This document shows positions 43,713 through 46,097 of a stretch of 46,097 nucleotides of DNA, piece after piece. The notes under the pieces are model-generated. The model was not told the DNA's origin, ran no database searches, and saw only the letters and a program-made list of their open reading frames with translations. Made by a program: the position numbers and the translations under genes. The stretch comes from Methanobacteriota archaeon (lineage in GTDB: Archaea; Thermoplasmatota; Thermoplasmata; RBG-16-68-12; EA-27), in assembly GCA_016207545.1 (NCBI GenBank), contig JACQPO010000140.1, forward strand, positions 1 through 46,097, given 5' to 3'. Numbering within the stretch: the stretch's first letter is position 1; every line of letters begins with the position of its first letter.

Positions 43713-43911
43713 GCGAGGCGCGGTATGGCATAAGGCTCTCCCGGACCGAGGGCAATGCACCAATGCGTGCGGCATCCCATTTTCGTCCGGAGGGCGTCGT
43801 GCACCCGCGGGCGATTCGCGAGACGCGCGCGGGGTAGAGGTCGAGGTCGCTGGAGGAGCCTCGCTCCGCGGACAGCGTCCGTTGACACCGAATCATATGC
43901 TAGCCTGGACG

Positions 43912-45899
<1,988 letters not shown>

Positions 45900-46097
45900 T
45901 CGATTCGCGAGCCTTAATAAAAATCGGCCATTTGCGGGGAAGTCCGTCGTATCCTGCGCTACTCGCCGCCAGATTGGCGGCAGTAACAACGCGCTAGGTG
46001 CGGATCATCCGCAGGGAAGGCCGACGTTGAATCGTCGGAACCCTCAGAGACTGTATGCCGATCACCGCGCACCAGCGGTGAAGATATAGTCCGACCC
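45900..46097 (+). ncRNA. Group I intron (5' ~200 nt; truncated by the window end) inserted in the 23S rRNA gene
   Basis: P1 pairs exon UUAAGGU (45893-45899) with GCCUUAA (45911-45917), with U45899-G45911 at the splice site. P3 pairs AUCGGC (45923-45928) with GCCGAU (46057-46062). P7 5' is GAGACU (46047-46052). The P8 hairpin is CACCGC-gcacca-GCGGUG (46063-46080). J8/7-P7 is AAGAUAUAGUC (46081-46091), matching the Tetrahymena intron core. Confidence 0.8.

Overview
This is a GC-rich (by eye roughly two-thirds G+C), tightly packed archaeal chromosomal segment. The informational genes are clearly archaeal: PCNA, TFS, GINS51, archaeal DnaG, a RecJ/GAN-like DHH nuclease, SRP54, and archaeal-type ProRS, TyrRS and AlaRS. 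A 23S rRNA gene starts about 530 bp after a protein gene with no 16S upstream, which suggests (inference only) a Thermoplasmatota-like lineage. I annotate about 45 protein genes. They include a histidine-utilisation set (hutU, split formimidoyltransferase and cyclodeaminase), a hydantoinase/oxoprolinase A/B pair with a TctA-like membrane protein, Pit plus DUF47, a PadR pair, tRNA methyltransferases, an M50 protease, and several secreted or membrane proteins of unknown function. ORF-track starts are the longest ATG/GTG/TTG ORFs; I moved several starts inward on homology, RBS or TATA grounds. Many long ORFs are antisense shadows typical of high-GC DNA. The most noteworthy observations follow. 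(1) The 23S rRNA gene is interrupted after the E. coli-equivalent U1931 by what reads as a group I intron. P1 with a U-G splice-site pair, P3, P7, P8 and the AAGAUAUAGUC J8/7-P7 core are all visible, and the intron is truncated by the window end. (2) Two, possibly three, intergenic arrays of degenerate ~21-bp tandem units carry short GGAA/TTCC-type dyads. They lie upstream of proS, between pcn and pit, and in the dnaG leader, and have no obvious known function. (3) Two paralogous Ras/Rab-like small GTPases are present. One is fused to a C-terminal winged-helix domain and heads an operon with a secreted glycoprotein-like protein and a small 2-TM protein. (4) A LonB-like AAA+ protein has no protease domain, has a zinc-ribbon insertion where LonB has its membrane anchor, and has no canonical start codon upstream of its conserved N-terminal region. 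All calls come from reading translations and motifs by eye. No database search was run.
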